Assembly (NCBI GenBank): GCA_900617105.1
Contig: UYFQ01000737.1
Location: 1-53,594, forward strand
Direction of reading: 5' to 3'
Source: Hydrurus foetidus
Taxonomy: Eukaryota
Length of the DNA: 53,594 nt
Shown: positions 20,222 to 30,028 of the stretch, piece by piece
How positions within the stretch are numbered: the first letter of the stretch is position 1
Layout: the number at the start of each line of letters is the position of its first letter
Position numbers and translations under genes: made by a program
The notes under the pieces: generated by a model
What the model was told of the DNA's origin: nothing
Database searches by the model: none
Seen by the model: the letters and a program-made list of their open reading frames with translations, nothing else

Positions 20222-21469
20222 TTACTTGCCAGGCGTGTACCACTTGGCAAAGCCGGTCTGGATTTGCGTTGCAGCATCCTTGGCCGCCATCTTTCCGTTC
20301 AACACTTGCGAGCTCACGTTCCACAGCTCGTTTTCCATGCTGGGGGTGCCGCGGTTCATGATCTGGGCGTTCAGGCGGATCGTGCTCTTGCACTGGGTAC
20401 GCCAGCCGATCATTTCCTTGGCCACAGGGTTCTTCACGTCAATGGCGTGCTTGGACAGCGAGAAGAAGCCGGTGACCTTGTTGGTGTACAGATCGGCAAA
20501 CTCTTTGCTTGCCAGCCAGGTCAGGAACACTTGGGCGTCTGCCTTGTTCTTGCTCTTGCTGTTGATGCCCATGGCGATGTCGGTGTGGTCCGAGATGTAG
20601 CAAGGGTCACCGGCCTTTTGCACCGGTGGCTTGAATGCGCCGAACTCCACTTTGCTGTTGCCTTCAAAGTAGGAGATGTCCCATGAGCCTGCAGGGTAGA
20701 CCGCAGCGCGGCCGGTGCCGAACAGGTTTTGCGAGTCGCCATAGGTCTGGGCTTGGTAACCCTTGGGCAGGTACGGCGCCCACTTGGCCATGGTCTCCCA
20801 GGTGCTCACGAACTCGGGGTCGGTGAACTTCTTCTTGCCAGCGATGATGGCCTTGCGACCTTCTTCACCCTTCCAGTGGTTCGGGCCAATGCCGGTGAAC
20901 ACGATCTGGTTGGTTTCCCACTGGTCGGCGGTACCCATGGACAAAGGAGCCACTTTGCCCTGCGCCTTGATCTTTTCCAGTGCGGCAAAGAAGTCGGCTT
21001 CGGTCACGGGCACGGCCAGACCGAGCTCGGAGAACACCTTCTTGTTGTAGAAGAAGCCGTGGATCACCGAGGCAATAGGCATGCAATAGGTGGACTGGCC
21101 GTCATCGGTCTGCCACGCCACTTGGGCGGAATCAGGGAAGTTCTTCAGGCCGGGAGCGCCATTGAGCTTTTCCAGATGGCCCTTCTTGAACAGGTCCAGC
21201 GACACGTCAAACGGGCGGCAGGTCAACAAGTCACCTGCGGTGCCGGCGCTCAGGCGCGTGTTGAGTGCCGAATCGTATTCCGGGGGCGAAGTAGGCGAGA
21301 ACTTCACGGTGATGCCGGGGTTGGCTTTGTAGAAGGCGGGCAACAGCACGTCTTCCCACAGGCCTTTGTCGTCAACGCGCCAGCTCTCGATGGTGAGGGT
21401 GCCTGCACTGGCCAAACTGCTGCAAACCAGCGCTGCCGCAGCGGCGGCAAGGCGAAGGGTATGGGACAT
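20222..21469 (-). CDS. Carbohydrate ABC transporter substrate-binding protein
   Basis: Signal peptide MSHTLRLAAAAAALVCSSLASA; family-1 SBP features (FFYNKKVF). Confidence 0.9.
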   Translation of the reverse strand: MSHTLRLAAAAAALVCSSLASAGTLTIESWRVDDKGLWEDVLLPAFYKANPGITVKFSPTSPPEYDSALNTRLSAGTAGDLLTCRPFDVSLDLFKKGHLEKLNGAPGLKNFPDSAQVAWQTDDGQSTYCMPIASVIHGFFYNKKVFSELGLAVPVTEADFFAALEKIKAQGKVAPLSMGTADQWETNQIVFTGIGPNHWKGEEGRKAIIAGKKKFTDPEFVSTWETMAKWAPYLPKGYQAQTYGDSQNLFGTGRAAVYPAGSWDISYFEGNSKVEFGAFKPPVQKAGDPCYISDHTDIAMGINSKSKNKADAQVFLTWLASKEFADLYTNKVTGFFSLSKHAIDVKNPVAKEMIGWRTQCKSTIRLNAQIMNRGTPSMENELWNVSSQVLNGKMAAKDAATQIQTGFAKWYTPGK

Positions 21470-21742
21470 GGGGTCGGTTCTCCTGGACTTTGGTGAATGA
21501 AAACTGCCGTCACTGCCCTGTGGCAAGCGCGATCAGTGGCCCGGAGGTTATGCTGTGACCCCTGTAATATCAAACCACTGACCCGGGGCTGAGTTACACA
21601 GACAAGTCGTTGATTTCATTCAGGATTTCCGCCATGTATTGCCGCTTTGCCTTACGCTTTATTACGCGCCAGCAGCCCTCCCGGGCCAGGTCTGGCGGGC
21701 ATGGCGGCGGCGCGCATACATAACATTACAAATCGACAGGAA

Positions 21743-23008
21743 ATGAAAGCTTTCGCCTGGTTCGTGTGGGGTCTGTCGCTGTGGCTGGGGGCCGCGCTGC
21801 CCGCCCATGCGCAAGCCCCCGGCGTGCCGCTGGACGTGCTGCACTGGTGGACCTCGGCCAGCGAGCGCCGCGCGGCCGACCAGCTCAGTGCCCACCTGGC
21901 CACGGCCGGCGTGCTGTGGAAAGACGCCGCCATTCCCGGTGGCGGCGGCATGGCAGCCGTCAAGGTGCTCAAAAGCCGCGTACTGATGGGTGACCCGCCC
22001 GACGTGGCCCAACTCATCGGCACCACGCTGACCGACTGGGCCGACATTGGCCTGGTCATGCCGCTCAATGCCGTGGCCCAGCGCCAGCGCTGGTCGCAGG
22101 TGCTGTTCCCCACCGTGCTGGACCTCGTTACCTACAAGGGCGATGTGATTGCTGCGCCGCTGGGCATCCAGCGCATCAACACCCTGCTTTACAACCGCAA
22201 GGTGTTCAACAAGCTGGGCCTTACGCCGCCGCGCACCTGGGCCGAATTTGAAATCATTGCGCGCAAGCTACAGGCCCAGGGCGTGCGCCCGCTGGCCTGG
22301 AGCGACGAGCCTTGGCAAATGGCCACCGTGTTTGAAACCCTGCTGCTGGGCGACGCCGGCCCCGCGCTGTACCGCGAACTCATCGTGCAGCGCAAGAGCA
22401 GCGCCTGGATGGACCCGCGCGTAGAGCGCGCCCTGCAGCGCCTGCGCTGGCTGCGTACCCTGGCCAGCGACACCCCGGTGGAGCGCGCCTGGACCGAAAG
22501 TGCCCGCGAGCTGCTGGCCGACGGTGCCGGCATGATGATCATGGGGGACTGGGCCAAGGGCGAACTGATGGCCTGGGGCGCCAGCCCCACCAAAGACTTT
22601 GGCTGCGTGGTGGTGCCTGGCACCGAGGGCATGCACCTCTACAGCATCGACACCCTGGCCATGCTGGTCAGCGCCCGCCCGCGCGAAGCCGCACAGGAAA
22701 AAATGGCCGAAGTGGTCACCGGCATTCCCGCCCAAATGGCCTACAACCGCATCAAGGGCGCCGTGCCCGTGCGCCGCGACATTGACGTGACCCAGCTAGA
22801 TGGTTGCGCACGCGACTCGTGGGAAACCTTTGCCGCCCCGCGCAGCGCGCGCGTGCCCAGCCTGGCCCACCGCATGGCGGCCGACGAAGCCATCAAAGAC
22901 GCCGTGGCGCAAACCCTGTGGCGCTACCTGACCGACCCGCGCATGGAGCCGCAAGAGGCCCAGCGCCGCCTGGCCTCCGTGATCCGCGCGCCCAGCGCCG
23001 AACGCTAA
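21743..23008 (+). CDS. Sugar-binding periplasmic protein co-transcribed with a two-component system
   Basis: Signal peptide, VLHWWTS, MIMGDWAKGE, FGC..PG motifs resembling glucose-binding GtsA-type SBPs. Confidence 0.85.
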   Translation: MKAFAWFVWGLSLWLGAALPAHAQAPGVPLDVLHWWTSASERRAADQLSAHLATAGVLWKDAAIPGGGGMAAVKVLKSRVLMGDPPDVAQLIGTTLTDWADIGLVMPLNAVAQRQRWSQVLFPTVLDLVTYKGDVIAAPLGIQRINTLLYNRKVFNKLGLTPPRTWAEFEIIARKLQAQGVRPLAWSDEPWQMATVFETLLLGDAGPALYRELIVQRKSSAWMDPRVERALQRLRWLRTLASDTPVERAWTESARELLADGAGMMIMGDWAKGELMAWGASPTKDFGCVVVPGTEGMHLYSIDTLAMLVSARPREAAQEKMAEVVTGIPAQMAYNRIKGAVPVRRDIDVTQLDGCARDSWETFAAPRSARVPSLAHRMAADEAIKDAVAQTLWRYLTDPRMEPQEAQRRLASVIRAPSAER

Positions 23009-23019
23009 AAACACATGCC

Positions 23020-23739
23020 ATGAACCGTACCCTGCTGGTCGTTGACGACGACCAAAAAACCCGCAACCTGCTCAAAACCTACCTGGAGAAACACCAGTAC
23101 GAAGTGCGCGTTGCGCACGACGGCGCCAGCTTCATGGCCGAGTTCGACCGCTTCAAGGACGAGCTCAGCCTCGTCATCCTGGACGTGATGCTGCCCGACA
23201 CCGATGGCTTCACGCTGTGCCAGAACGTGCGCAAACAATCGCCTGTGCCCATCATCATGCTGACCGCCAGTGCGGATGACACCGACCGCATCGTCGGCCT
23301 GGAGCTGGGCGCCGACGACTACATCGCCAAGCCCTACAACCCGCGCGAACTGCTGGCCCGCATCAAGGCCATTCACCGCCGCATGCAGCTGGGTGCGCCC
23401 GGCGCGCCGGTGCGCACCTTGCGCTTTGCCGGCTTCAGCATGGACGTGATGGAGCGCGTGCTGACCGACGCCCAGGGCGAACCCGTGGTGCTGACCAGCA
23501 TGGACTTCAACCTGCTGCGCTTCTTTGCCGAGCACGCGGGCGAAACGCTGGACCGCTCCCGCCTGATGGAACAAACCCGCGGCCGCGACCTCGGCCCGCT
23601 GGACCGCTCGCTGGACGTGCAGATCAGCCGGCTGCGCCAGCGCCTGCATGACGATGGCAAGCAGCCTGTGCTGATCAAGACCGTGCGCGGCAGCGGCTAT
23701 GTGTTCTCCGCCGATGTCACCCAGCATGGCGACAGCTGA
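23020..23739 (+). CDS. OmpR-family response regulator (GltR-like)
   Basis: LLVVDDD, DVMLP, GADDYIAKP, RSLDVQISRLR, KTVRGSGY. Confidence 0.92.
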   Translation: MNRTLLVVDDDQKTRNLLKTYLEKHQYEVRVAHDGASFMAEFDRFKDELSLVILDVMLPDTDGFTLCQNVRKQSPVPIIMLTASADDTDRIVGLELGADDYIAKPYNPRELLARIKAIHRRMQLGAPGAPVRTLRFAGFSMDVMERVLTDAQGEPVVLTSMDFNLLRFFAEHAGETLDRSRLMEQTRGRDLGPLDRSLDVQISRLRQRLHDDGKQPVLIKTVRGSGYVFSADVTQHGDS

Positions 23740-25201
23740 CCGACGCCGCTGGACGCGCCGCTACCTGCCCGACAGCCTGCTGGGCCGCATTGTGGTGGTC
23801 ATGGCGCTGGGGGTGGTCAGCGCCCAGCTGGTGGGCACGTTGCTGTGGGCGCGGCAGCTGCGCGAAAGCGCGCGCACCGAGGCGCTCAGCGCCGGCAAGC
23901 ACATTGCGCTCAACGCCGCCGGCTCCATTCGCTTCTTCCGAGACCTGCCGCCGCAGTTCCGCCCCATCCTGATCGAGCAGCTGCGCACCATGGGCGGCAC
24001 GCGCTTTTTTGTGAACGTGAACAAGGCCCGCGTGCCCATCACCCCGCTGAAGAACAATGCGCTGGTGGACGCGGTGGTGGATGTGGTGCGCGACGACTTG
24101 GTGCGCAACCTGCGCGTGGTACAGGCGCCCGAAGTGGCCTTTGCCTGGCCCGACAGTTTGCAGGTATCGGACGATGGCCGCATGGTCAGCGACCTGCCCG
24201 AATCGTGGGTGGAAGCCACACTGCTGCTGCGCCCGCGGCCCGCACCGGTGCTGGTCATTCAGGCCGAGTTTGAACCCGGGCGCTGGCTCTATTTGGCCGC
24301 GCCCATGCCCGACCCCTACTTTCTGGACAACGCCAACCCGCTGACCACCGACCGCGTGGCGCTGCAGCTGGTTACCCTGGTGACCGTGCTGCTGCTCAGC
24401 GTGTTGCTGGTGCGCGGGCTTATTCGCCCGTTGAACAAAATTGCCTCCGCCGCCAATGCCTTTGGCAGCGACACCGCACCCGAGCGCGTGCCCGAAACCG
24501 GCACCGCCGAGCTGCGCCGCACTGCCCGCGCCTTCAACGAAATGCAGGCCCGCATCCAGGGCTACCTGGTAGACCGCGAACGACTCTTCCTCGGCATCTC
24601 GCACGGCCTGAAGACGCCCATCATGCGGCTCAAGCTGCGCACCGAGCTGCTGGACGACGAGACCCTGCGCGCCGAATTCCACGAAGACCTGGACGACCTG
24701 GACGTGATGGTGAAAGCCGCGCTGCAAAGCGTGAAAGACACCGACATCCACGAGAACCTGACCCCCGTGCGGTTGGACACGCTACTGGCCCGCCTGGCGC
24801 ACCGCCCCATCCACCCCGCCGCGAGCATTGAATGCACGGCTGAGCCCATCAGCGTGCTGGGCAAACCGCTGGCGCTGGAACGCGCCTTCAGCAACCTGCT
24901 GGACAACGCCGTGCTGTATGGCGAACGCGTGCAGGTGCGCCTGAGCCGCCAGGGCACACGCGCATTGGTGGAAGTGCGCGACTTTGGGCCCGGCATTGCG
25001 CAGGCCAGCATGTCGGCCGCGTTTGAGCCCCATGTTCGCTTAAGCCATGGCCAGCAGCAAAACCGCACCGGCACGGGTTTGGGGCTTGGCATTGCGCGCA
25101 ACATCATCCAGGCGCATGGCGGCGAGATACGGCTGCACAACCATGCCGAAGGCGGCCTGGTAGTGACGGTGCTGCTGGCGGCGGTTGCGCAGGAACTCTA
25201 A
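23726..25201 (+). CDS. Sensor histidine kinase (GtrS-like)
   Basis: Two TMs, HAMP, H-box ISHGLKTP, NLLDNA, DFGPG, GTGLGLGI. Confidence 0.9.
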   Translation: MATADRRRWTRRYLPDSLLGRIVVVMALGVVSAQLVGTLLWARQLRESARTEALSAGKHIALNAAGSIRFFRDLPPQFRPILIEQLRTMGGTRFFVNVNKARVPITPLKNNALVDAVVDVVRDDLVRNLRVVQAPEVAFAWPDSLQVSDDGRMVSDLPESWVEATLLLRPRPAPVLVIQAEFEPGRWLYLAAPMPDPYFLDNANPLTTDRVALQLVTLVTVLLLSVLLVRGLIRPLNKIASAANAFGSDTAPERVPETGTAELRRTARAFNEMQARIQGYLVDRERLFLGISHGLKTPIMRLKLRTELLDDETLRAEFHEDLDDLDVMVKAALQSVKDTDIHENLTPVRLDTLLARLAHRPIHPAASIECTAEPISVLGKPLALERAFSNLLDNAVLYGERVQVRLSRQGTRALVEVRDFGPGIAQASMSAAFEPHVRLSHGQQQNRTGTGLGLGIARNIIQAHGGEIRLHNHAEGGLVVTVLLAAVAQEL

Positions 25202-26055
25202 TCCGCCTGCAGCGGCAGATAAATATCCGTCAACAAATCCGCCGGCGCCGTGTCGCGCGGGTTGTTCTGGTATTCCTCAAACACCGGTTGGTCCAGCGCC
25301 GCGTGGCCTGACTGCACCAGCCACTGGCCGTAGAGCCACTGGTAGGCCGCGCCCATGGTGGCGTAGGGCCCGCGGTGGCGCAGCACGGCGCAGGTGCAGC
25401 CGCCCAGCGTCATCGGCTGCAGGGGCGCAGCGGCACTGGCGCCGGCGGACAAAGACAAACCGGCCCAGGACCGCAGCTGCGCTTCAGGCACAGCGGCCGG
25501 GTCGTCGTCGTACGACGCCAACCAGCGCGTGTCCTCGCGCAAGTGGCCTTGCGCCGCCATGTGGGTGAAGGTCGTTTCAAACGCCTTGCCGATGCGCATA
25601 TAGCCGCCGCGGTGCGGCAGGCCCGCCAGCGACACGGCGGGCACAAAACGAATGTCGACCGCATAGCCCGCCGCCGTGGCCTGCGCCAACCCCTGGCGAA
25701 ACACCACATGGCCGCCCTGCGCGCGGTACTGCGTGGGCCCCATTCCATAGGCCGCGCCAAAGGCGCGCGTGAACGACTGCACATTTGGGTAGCCGCACAG
25801 GCGCGCCACCTGGACCACCGGTTGCTGCGTGTTGGCGAGGTAGCCCGAGGCCCGGTGCAAGCGCAGCCTCCGTATGGTGGCCGCAATGGTCTCACCGTTC
25901 ATCGCGTGGTACACGCGGTGCCAGTGGTAGGGCGACAGATGGGCCACCTCCGCCAACTGGTCCAGGTCCAGCTCCTCGGCCAGGTGGTCGTGGATGTAGG
26001 CGGTGACGCGGCTCAACCGGTCTTGGTAGTCGGTCCAGCTGTGGCTGCGGTTCAT
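25198..26055 (-). CDS. AraC family regulator with C-terminal GyrI-like domain
   Basis: LAEVAHLSPYHWHR, FTRAF, HRGPY, FEEYQNNP. Confidence 0.9.
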   Translation of the reverse strand: MNRSHSWTDYQDRLSRVTAYIHDHLAEELDLDQLAEVAHLSPYHWHRVYHAMNGETIAATIRRLRLHRASGYLANTQQPVVQVARLCGYPNVQSFTRAFGAAYGMGPTQYRAQGGHVVFRQGLAQATAAGYAVDIRFVPAVSLAGLPHRGGYMRIGKAFETTFTHMAAQGHLREDTRWLASYDDDPAAVPEAQLRSWAGLSLSAGASAAAPLQPMTLGGCTCAVLRHRGPYATMGAAYQWLYGQWLVQSGHAALDQPVFEEYQNNPRDTAPADLLTDIYLPLQAD

Positions 26056-26080
26056 GCGCGTGGGGTTCCCTGGTTGCGGC

Positions 26081-26527
26081 CTATTGCAATCCAATAGAGA
26101 TGGCAATCGTGCCATCGGCACTGTAACGCTCGTACTCGGCAATCACGGTCTTGGCCAGCTCCGCGTGGCCCCAAATCTCCATCCACTTGGCGCCCACCAG
26201 GTCAAAGCGATTGGGCTCCACGTCAAACACCGCACGCTTGGAAGCTGGGATGACCACGCGCACCATACCCGCGGGCACCTCCGCGCTGGCCGGCACCGGG
26301 GCACCAATCACCAGCGAGTACAGGCCGGTGTTGTTGAGGCCCGCGTTTTCAAAGTGGGTGTAGACCGCGTAGACATCACCATTCAGCTTGGCGGGGATGT
26401 GGGCCAACACTTCCTCCTTGCCAAAGCGCTGCCAGTGCGGGGGAATGGTCTGCATGGCCTCCAGGTTGGTGGTGCGCAGCTCGATGCCAACGACGTGGAT
26501 GGCTTGGGGTAGTTGCTCGTTTTTCAT
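26081..26527 (-). CDS. GyrI-like small-molecule-binding protein
   Basis: VVGIELRTTN, IPPHWQRF, YAVYT, VGAKWMEIW. Confidence 0.82.
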   Translation of the reverse strand: MKNEQLPQAIHVVGIELRTTNLEAMQTIPPHWQRFGKEEVLAHIPAKLNGDVYAVYTHFENAGLNNTGLYSLVIGAPVPASAEVPAGMVRVVIPASKRAVFDVEPNRFDLVGAKWMEIWGHAELAKTVIAEYERYSADGTIAISIGLQ

Positions 26528-26632
26528 CAAAAGACTCCGGTGGGGTTGAACACCGGGCCAGTCTAAAAACACCGAGCAGTCATTTCTTGCGGAGTTGCGC
26601 CAATGGTGAGACTCGCGTTTACCGAGCTGAAT

Positions 26633-27127
26633 CTAGTAAAGCATCCACAGCGACAACACGATGAATAGCGCAACCCACGGCAGCTTCTTTTCCCATCCCG
26701 CCAATTGGTCAACCCGGGCACTTCGCTCGTCATAGTCGCGCTTCCATTTTTCCCGTGCAACCGAAGCTCGATCATTCAGCGCCATAGCGATAGCAACATG
26801 CGCTTCGGCGGGTGGATACCCACTTCTTAGCACACCCGATTGCTGTTTGTAGCCGTCAAATCGACTTGGCAGGTCATACCCTTCGATATCGAAGGCAATG
26901 CTCTGACCAGGAAGGAGAGATTCAAATACTACTGGGGGCTTGATCCAAATGTCCTTGGGCATGTGCGTGTCATCAAGACCGAAGTTCCCAGGATGCAATG
27001 CGGCGCTGTAATCAAACGCTCCATTGACGACCGTCGTCCTCCCACGATTTTCAAGAGTGAGTGTGTATTGATAGGCTGACCAATCAGGTGATTGGATGGT
27101 CGCGTAAATGTCAACGTCTTGGAACAC
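26633..27127 (-). CDS. Hypothetical protein with C-terminal TM segment, lower GC than flanks
   Basis: 164-aa ORF ending LPWVALFIVLSLWMLY; start uncertain. Confidence 0.45.
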   Translation of the reverse strand: MFQDVDIYATIQSPDWSAYQYTLTLENRGRTTVVNGAFDYSAALHPGNFGLDDTHMPKDIWIKPPVVFESLLPGQSIAFDIEGYDLPSRFDGYKQQSGVLRSGYPPAEAHVAIAMALNDRASVAREKWKRDYDERSARVDQLAGWEKKLPWVALFIVLSLWMLY

Positions 27128-27254
27128 GCTTCGATTTGGTAGCTGCTTTGCAGTAAGGACGCATGAGAGTTCTGCTGAATGTACGACACCGGTTTATTTT
27201 TATGGAGCCTGATTCAAGAAATATGCCCCGGCCCCTTGTTTATTTATTAAGCAA

Positions 27255-28391
27255 CTACCAATTCAGTAGCACCGCGTGGCCTTCCACCAGCACGGCCTGC
27301 AGCGCCAGGTCACGGTTCAGCACCACCACATCGCCCCAGGCGCCTGCCCGCAGGCGGCCGCGGTCGTGCAGGCCCATGTGGTCCGCCGCATAGGTGGAAA
27401 CGCGGCGCGAGGCATCGGCCAGGTCTAGCCCCAGCGTGTCCACCAGATTGCGCAGCGCCTGGTCCATGCTCAGCACCGAGCCTGCCAGCGTGCCATCGGC
27501 CAGGCGCACGCCGCCCATGCACTTGGTCACCGTGTGGCGGCCCAGCTTGTAGTCGCCATCGGGCATGCCCGCGGCGGAGGTGGAGTCGGTCACGCAGTAG
27601 AGCTTGGGGATGGCACGCAGCGCTGCGTGGATGGCACCGGGGTGCACATGCAGCAGATCGGGAATGACCTCGGCAAACTCGGCATGCGCCAGCGCGGCGC
27701 CCACCATGCCAGGCTCGCGGTGGTGCAGGGCCGACATGGCGTTGAACAAATGCGTAAAGCCCGTGGCCCCGCAGCGCAGTGCGGCCACGCCCTGCTCGTA
27801 GCTGCCCGTGGTGTGGCCCAGTTGCACCTTGAAGCCCTCTGCCACCAGCTGGGCAATTAGCGCGTGGTTGCCCCCCACCTCGGGCGCCAGCGTGATCAGG
27901 CGGATGGGTGCCATGGCGTGCAGGCGGTGGATTTCTTCAAAGCTGGCAGGCCGCGCAAACGGGGGTTGTGCGCCCAGGCGCGCCTCGCTGATGTAGGGCC
28001 CTTCCAGGTGCACACCCAGCACGCGTGCGGCGTTGGGTGCGCGCTGCTGGCACAGCGGCCCCATGGCGGCAAAGGCCATGTCCAGGTCGCTTTGCGGTGC
28101 GGTCATGGTGGTGGCCAGGAGCGACGTGGTGCCGTGGCTGGCGTGCAGGCGCGCCACGTGCAAGGCCGCGTCGCCGCCTTCCATGATGTCGTGGCCCGCG
28201 CCGCCGTGCACATGCAGGTCAATGAAGCCCGGCAGCACGATGGGTGCGCCGCCGTCGCGCACGCCGGCCGTGTCCACGGGTGTGCCGCTGATGTCGGCGA
28301 TGCGGCCCTGCGCATCCAGCGTGAGTGCGCCCCGCACAAAGCCCATGGGCGTGAGGATGTGGCCTTCGATGCGGGTTTGCAATGCGGTCAT
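27255..28391 (-). CDS. nagA: N-acetylglucosamine-6-phosphate deacetylase
   Basis: PGFIDLHVHG, HLEGPY, TLAPE, THLFNAM, VTDS, LAGS. Confidence 0.95.
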   Translation of the reverse strand: MTALQTRIEGHILTPMGFVRGALTLDAQGRIADISGTPVDTAGVRDGGAPIVLPGFIDLHVHGGAGHDIMEGGDAALHVARLHASHGTTSLLATTMTAPQSDLDMAFAAMGPLCQQRAPNAARVLGVHLEGPYISEARLGAQPPFARPASFEEIHRLHAMAPIRLITLAPEVGGNHALIAQLVAEGFKVQLGHTTGSYEQGVAALRCGATGFTHLFNAMSALHHREPGMVGAALAHAEFAEVIPDLLHVHPGAIHAALRAIPKLYCVTDSTSAAGMPDGDYKLGRHTVTKCMGGVRLADGTLAGSVLSMDQALRNLVDTLGLDLADASRRVSTYAADHMGLHDRGRLRAGAWGDVVVLNRDLALQAVLVEGHAVLLNW

Positions 28392-28417
28392 GGCGGTGTC
28401 CTTATGGGTTGATTGCG

Positions 28418-29140
28418 TCAGGCCTTCAGCTCGGCCACAAAATCGTAATAGTCGCTGCGGCAGTACGACTGGGTGTGCTCCACGGCCACGCCGTCGGGCA
28501 GGTAGGCGGTGCGGCTCACCCACAGCAGTGCGGTGCCAATGGCAATGCCCAGCGGTGCGGCCAAGGCGGCCTCGGCGTTCACCGCACGGATGTGCTGCAC
28601 CGCGCGCACCGGCGCCAGGCCGCTGCGCGCCAGGTGCAGGTAGAGCGAACCGTCCAGGTCCTGCGGGCGGGGGCAGGCGCGCAGCAGTACGGTGCTGCGC
28701 TCGTAGGCCATGGGCACGCCATCGGCCAGGCGCAGGCGCTCCAGCCGCGCCACGCGGGCGCCGCGCGCCAGGCCCAGGGCTTCGCGCTCGGCCGCGCTGG
28801 CGGGGGCAATCTCGCGGTTGATCCAGTGGCTGCTGGGCAGGTAGCCACGCTGGCGCAGCTCTTCAGAAAAACTGGCCAGTTTGGACAGCGGCTGCTCCAA
28901 CCGCGGTGCAATGAAGTTGCCCGAACCCTGGCGACGCAGCACCAGGCCCTGACCCACCAGCACCTCAATGGCCTTGCGCGCCGTGATGCGCGACAAGCCC
29001 AGCGATTCGGACAGCATGCGCTCCGACGGCAGCGCCTGGTCCACCCGGTAGGTGCCCGCGCGAATGTCGCTCTCCAGCTGGCGCGCCAGCTGCAGGTACA
29101 GCGGCGAACTGTCGTTAGCGGCGTTGGGTGGGTTGGTCAC
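28418..29140 (-). CDS. GntR/HutC (UTRA) regulator, NagQ-like
   Basis: LPSER...SRITARKA...QGSGNF HTH plus UTRA domain; directly upstream of nagA. Confidence 0.88.
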   Translation of the reverse strand: MTNPPNAANDSSPLYLQLARQLESDIRAGTYRVDQALPSERMLSESLGLSRITARKAIEVLVGQGLVLRRQGSGNFIAPRLEQPLSKLASFSEELRQRGYLPSSHWINREIAPASAAEREALGLARGARVARLERLRLADGVPMAYERSTVLLRACPRPQDLDGSLYLHLARSGLAPVRAVQHIRAVNAEAALAAPLGIAIGTALLWVSRTAYLPDGVAVEHTQSYCRSDYYDFVAELKA

Positions 29141-29147
29141 CCATCAA

Positions 29148-29166
29148 TAGTACCAGTTTAGTACCA
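29148..29166 (-). promoter_or_regulatory. Direct-repeat operator candidate (NagQ-type)
   Basis: TAGTACCA twice at 11-bp spacing (TGGTACTA on minus), just upstream of the GntR start; resembles the TGGTATT direct repeats described for NagQ. Confidence 0.6.
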
Positions 29167-29185
29167 CTTGTACACCATCCCACGC

Positions 29186-29977
29186 TCAATGCGTATCGCA
29201 GCAGGATGAATGGCGCTGCGGCAGCGCGCGCAAAAACCGGGTGTGGCGCAGCACTTCGCTGGCTGGCAGGGGGCCGCCGTGGCCCAGGTAGAAGCGCTGC
29301 ATGCCCGCGTCCACCAGGCGCTGCAACTCGTCGGCCACCCGGTGCGGGTCGTCCTCAAACGGTGGGCGCTTGGCGTGGCCGGTGCGTAGCAGCCCGCCCA
29401 GCATTACGCCGGATGCCACCAAATCGCCCACCATGGCGTCGCCGCCCTCCAGCTGCAGCGAGATGGAGCCTTCGGTGTGGCCCGGCGTGTGCTGCACGTG
29501 CCCGGGCAGGCCGTAGGGCCGCAGGTCCAGGCTGTCACCGTCTTGTAGCAGCACGTCGGGCGTGAACGGCGCATAAGGGCGCCGGATCACCCCCGTGCGC
29601 AGGAACATGCGGCTGAACCAGTCGGTCGTGCAAAAGGTCATGGGCTTGCGTTGCTCGTAGTAATCCAGATCGCCCGCATGCGCCACGATGGGTGCGCCCG
29701 AGAGCTGGCGCAGCTTGCGGGCGCTGCCTGCGTGGTCCAGGTGGGCGTGGGTGATGACGATGAGCTTGATATCGCTATAGCCCAGGCCGTGCTGGCGCAG
29801 CACGCGCAACACCTTGGCCTCAGACCTTGGCAGGCCCGCATCCACCAACACGCAGCCTTGCGGGCCTATGAGCAGGTGGCAGTTAACCATGCCAAACGGC
29901 AGGATGGGAACGCGAACAACACGAAAAGCAGTCATAGCAAGCAATGCGAAGTGAAGATGCGCCATTGTGGTTTTCAT
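29186..29977 (-). CDS. MBL-fold metallo-hydrolase
   Basis: THAHLDHAGS, TPGHT, GHG motifs. Confidence 0.9.
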   Translation of the reverse strand: MKTTMAHLHFALLAMTAFRVVRVPILPFGMVNCHLLIGPQGCVLVDAGLPRSEAKVLRVLRQHGLGYSDIKLIVITHAHLDHAGSARKLRQLSGAPIVAHAGDLDYYEQRKPMTFCTTDWFSRMFLRTGVIRRPYAPFTPDVLLQDGDSLDLRPYGLPGHVQHTPGHTEGSISLQLEGGDAMVGDLVASGVMLGGLLRTGHAKRPPFEDDPHRVADELQRLVDAGMQRFYLGHGGPLPASEVLRHTRFLRALPQRHSSCCDTH

Positions 29978-30028
29978 GCGGGTTGCGCTAGCATGCCGTT
30001 ATCTGCATATTTATAGTCAATATCGCCA

